NCBI GenBank assembly: GCA_964187785.1
Contig: OZ076409.1
Coordinates: 56,546,001-56,610,000 of the forward strand
DNA length: 64,000 nt
DNA from: Amphiscolops sp. MND2022
Lineage: Eukaryota
Direction of reading: 5' to 3'
The position numbers were made by a program, and so were the translations under genes. Of the stretch, positions 61,401 through 64,000 are shown piece by piece. Every line of letters begins with the position of its first letter. Within the stretch, counting starts at the first letter, position 1. The notes under the pieces were generated by a model. It had not been told where the DNA came from. It saw nothing but the letters and a program-made list of their open reading frames with translations, and searched no databases.

Positions 61401-63635
61401 GGTTAACACCGGTCATAATTTCCCTGAAATGCCTGATGCAGAAAGCTTGGATTGCAAAACTAGATTGGGATCAAATATTGCCTGTTGACCTATCACGGGA
61501 ATACGTGGATTGGCGAGAACGACTCGGTTGCATTGAAATGATCGAATTGGATAGATTCGTTCTGAAAAAGGATCAATTGGATATTTTTGACCTCCATGTA
61601 TTTTGTGACGCTTCGGAACTCGGCTATGCAGCTTGTGTCTTCGTAGTTTCGCAGAACAACGGTGAGCGAAGGTCATCTTTACTTGTCGCAAAGTCAAAAA
61701 AAGGCCCCGATAAAATCAAAAACCATTCCTCGTTTGGAGCTTTGTGCTGCTCTACTTGGATGTAGACTTTTATCATCAGTGATTAAATCGTTACAAAAAA
61801 TGGAATTAAATGTTGACAAGACATTCGCGTGGACGGATTCTACTATTGTTCTCAGTTGGCTGAACCGAGAAGCAAGTAATTGGTCTACATTTGTTGCTAA
61901 TAGAGTAGCAGAAATTCAGGAAAGTAGTAATTTGAGATGGAACCATGTACTTTCTCATGAAAATCCTGCGGATTGTGCATCCCGGGGAGTAGACCCTTCC
62001 AGTCTGAAACAATTAAGTTTATGGTGGCAAGGCCCTGAGTGGTTGATCACCGGCGCACTTCCGAAGAAATTGGAATTACCTACCACGAAAGAGGAACTGA
62101 AACGAAAAGTTTTGGTTAATGTGTCTCAAGTTGCAGAATCTGAAGATATTATTGATTTATCAGCACAACGTTCCTTGAGAAAGGCTCTCAGAATTGTTGC
62201 TTATGTCAAGAGGTTTATCTCCATCTGCAAATATAAAACCAGTTATCCTAACTTCATTACAGCCAGCGAGCTAACTGAAGCCATGAGCAATCTCCTCATA
62301 CAGGAACAGAAAAAATTCTACTCTGATGAAATAAATACGCTTCAAACTAGTTCACAAGTAAAAAAGTCGAGTAAAATTCAATTGCTGTATCCTTTCCTGA
62401 ACGATGGAGTTCTCTGCGTTGGAGGACGCTTAGCTAATGGTAAATTCAACGATGAAGCGAAATATCAACGCCTCGTTTCGCAACAAAGCAATTTAGCTAG
62501 CCTTATTCTCCTGGATTCTCACCATGCTACATTGCATGCTGGGCTAAATCAAGTTTTGGTTCTTTTCAGAACTAAATACTGGATTCCTAGTTGTAGAAAC
62601 CTGATACGAAAAATAGTTAGAAATTGTGTGTCGTGCTGTCGCTTTCAAACCAGAGCCAATAATCCTCTGATGGGTGATTTGCCAAAGGAAAGAATAGATG
62701 TTCCACTTCGAGCTTTTCAAGATATTGGCATTGACTTTGGAGGACCGTTTTTGTGTAAAACAGGTGGCTCGAAGGAGGCTAAAGTTTATATGGCACTTTT
62801 CATTTGTTTTGCTAGCCGTGCTGTGCATTTGGAGTTAGTGTCCGATTTGAGTTCACAAGCCTTCATTGCTGCACTACGAAGATTTGTTTCTCGCCGAGGC
62901 TGTCCTAAGAGGATATTTAGCGATAACGGGACAAACTTCACTGGAGCGCAAGCAGAGCTGAAAGAACTACTTGTAGCCGATCATAGCGATTCCTTGCAGG
63001 CTTATTTAGCAGGATTGTCAGTTGTTTGGACGTTCATTCCTCCCAGGGCTCCCCATTTCGGTGGCTTGTGGGAAGCGGCCATAAAAAGCGCTAAAAAGCA
63101 CCTGCGACGTGTCATGGGCAAATGTGTCCTAAACTATGAAGAACTGGAGACACTTTTCTGTCAGATTGAAATGGTCTTGAATTCTCGCCCCATCAGTTTT
63201 CTGAGTGATGATCCTAAAGATGAATTACCACTCACTCCAGCAGATTTGTGTATGGGTGCAAAGTTGGAAGCCTTGCCATCAACAGCAGAAATTAATCAGG
63301 AGGCAATCTCAGCTTCGCATTGCAATTCAAAAAAAAGATGGGCTTGTATCCAAGCAAAATTGACACATTTCTGGAAGCGATGGAGTAAAGAGTACGTCGC
63401 TAGTCTCCAGGAAAGAAGCAAATGGAGGAATGAAGTCCCCAATATAAAACTTGGAGATTTAGTGTACATTACTGATGATAATGTTCCACCTCTACAATGG
63501 CCACTAGGACGTGTCAAGCAACTTTACGTTGGGCGAGATTCCCTTGTGAGGGTTGTTAAAGTAAAGACAGGAAGTGGAGAATATAATCGAGCCGTTCATA
63601 AACTGAGGAAACTTCCACTGCCTGTCACCGACTGA
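58466..63635 (+). pseudogene. BEL/Pao gag-pol polyprotein with one nonsense codon (61166-61168) and one +1 frameshift (A7 at 61696-61702)
   Basis: KLPKLELPTFTG (DUF1759-type gag); three Cys/His knuckles ending CRECKQKHHTLLH; protease MLDSGS; RT YLPHH, LRVVFDAS, ADVAKMY, YVDD; RNase H FCDAS, TIPRLEL; integrase IDFGGP, SDNGTNF, GGLWEAA; C-terminal FWKRW...WPLGRV. Confidence 0.95.
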
Positions 63636-63656
63636 CTCGAAATTCAGTTGATTTGC

Positions 63657-63681
63657 GTAGAGGAAATCAAGACGGGCGATA
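63657..63681 (+). promoter_or_regulatory. Polypurine-tract region of the BEL/Pao element
   Basis: GTAGAGGAAATCAAGACGGGCGATA immediately before the 3' LTR. Confidence 0.55.
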
Positions 63682-63870
63682 TGTTCAATACTTTTGAAAA
63701 TTATTGATGATTCATTTCCTTATTTTGCACATGAAATATCTAAAGTTGATTTAACCCGCGTATTTATTAGTCATTGGTGTTGGAACTTTCAGGAAGTAAA
63801 GTTAAATGATTAAATTATAGTTTCTTTTACAAAGAACTAAGCTAGTACAGATCTGTTTTCCTGCTGTACA
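63682..63870 (+). repeat. 3' LTR of the BEL/Pao element
   Basis: Direct repeat of 57400-57588. Confidence 0.98.
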
Positions 63871-64000
63871 GGAGTTTTTGTGTAATTTTGGAAAACCTTG
63901 GTGACTTAGTCATTTCAAAGACGTTCAACAAGGATCAAATTGTTTGTCAGGAAGGCTTTTTTTAGGGAAATGAACGAAGTTTTGTAATGAAAAAACGCAC

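Larger units (their letters stand above)
57400..63870 (+). mobile_element. Full-length BEL/Pao LTR retrotransposon with an extra 5' ORF
   Basis: Two 189-bp TG...CA LTRs with 1 mismatch; TSD GGAGT (57395-57399, 63871-63875); BEL-type gag-pol. Confidence 0.98.
56796..64000 (+). mobile_element. HINE family A, copy 3, interrupted by the BEL/Pao element and running off the window
   Basis: 5' end TTATTTTCCGTCCATATTTCACATGG; array units up to 57399 and resuming after 63875 (GACGTTCAACAAGGA). Confidence 0.75.

Noticed and set aside
63636..63681. env-like gene in the BEL/Pao element
   Set aside because: Only 46 nt between the pol stop and the 3' LTR

Overview
AT-rich eukaryotic (animal-like) genomic DNA made mostly of transposable elements. 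No prokaryotic operons, CRISPR arrays, rRNA or intact tRNA genes were seen. Two full-length LTR retrotransposons are bounded by paired LTRs and 5-bp target-site duplications (TSDs). One is an older, decayed Ty3/Gypsy (Mag-like) element on the minus strand (14909-20887). The other is a very young BEL/Pao element on the plus strand (57400-63870). The BEL/Pao element carries an unexpected intact extra ORF between its primer-binding site (PBS) and gag-pol. By eye the ORF has the motif layout of an SGNH/GDSL hydrolase fold plus an Arg/Lys-rich tail, and it is flanked by splice-like signals. This is the most interesting feature of the window. Also present: a decayed hAT-like transposase, two families of Helentron/HINE-like non-autonomous elements (one with internal ~174-bp tandem arrays), MULE-like and CMC/EnSpm-like MITEs with TSDs, and short tandem repeats. 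The probable first coding exons of a minus-strand host gene with a signal peptide lie at 28255-27577. All family assignments are motif recognition by eye; no searches were run.
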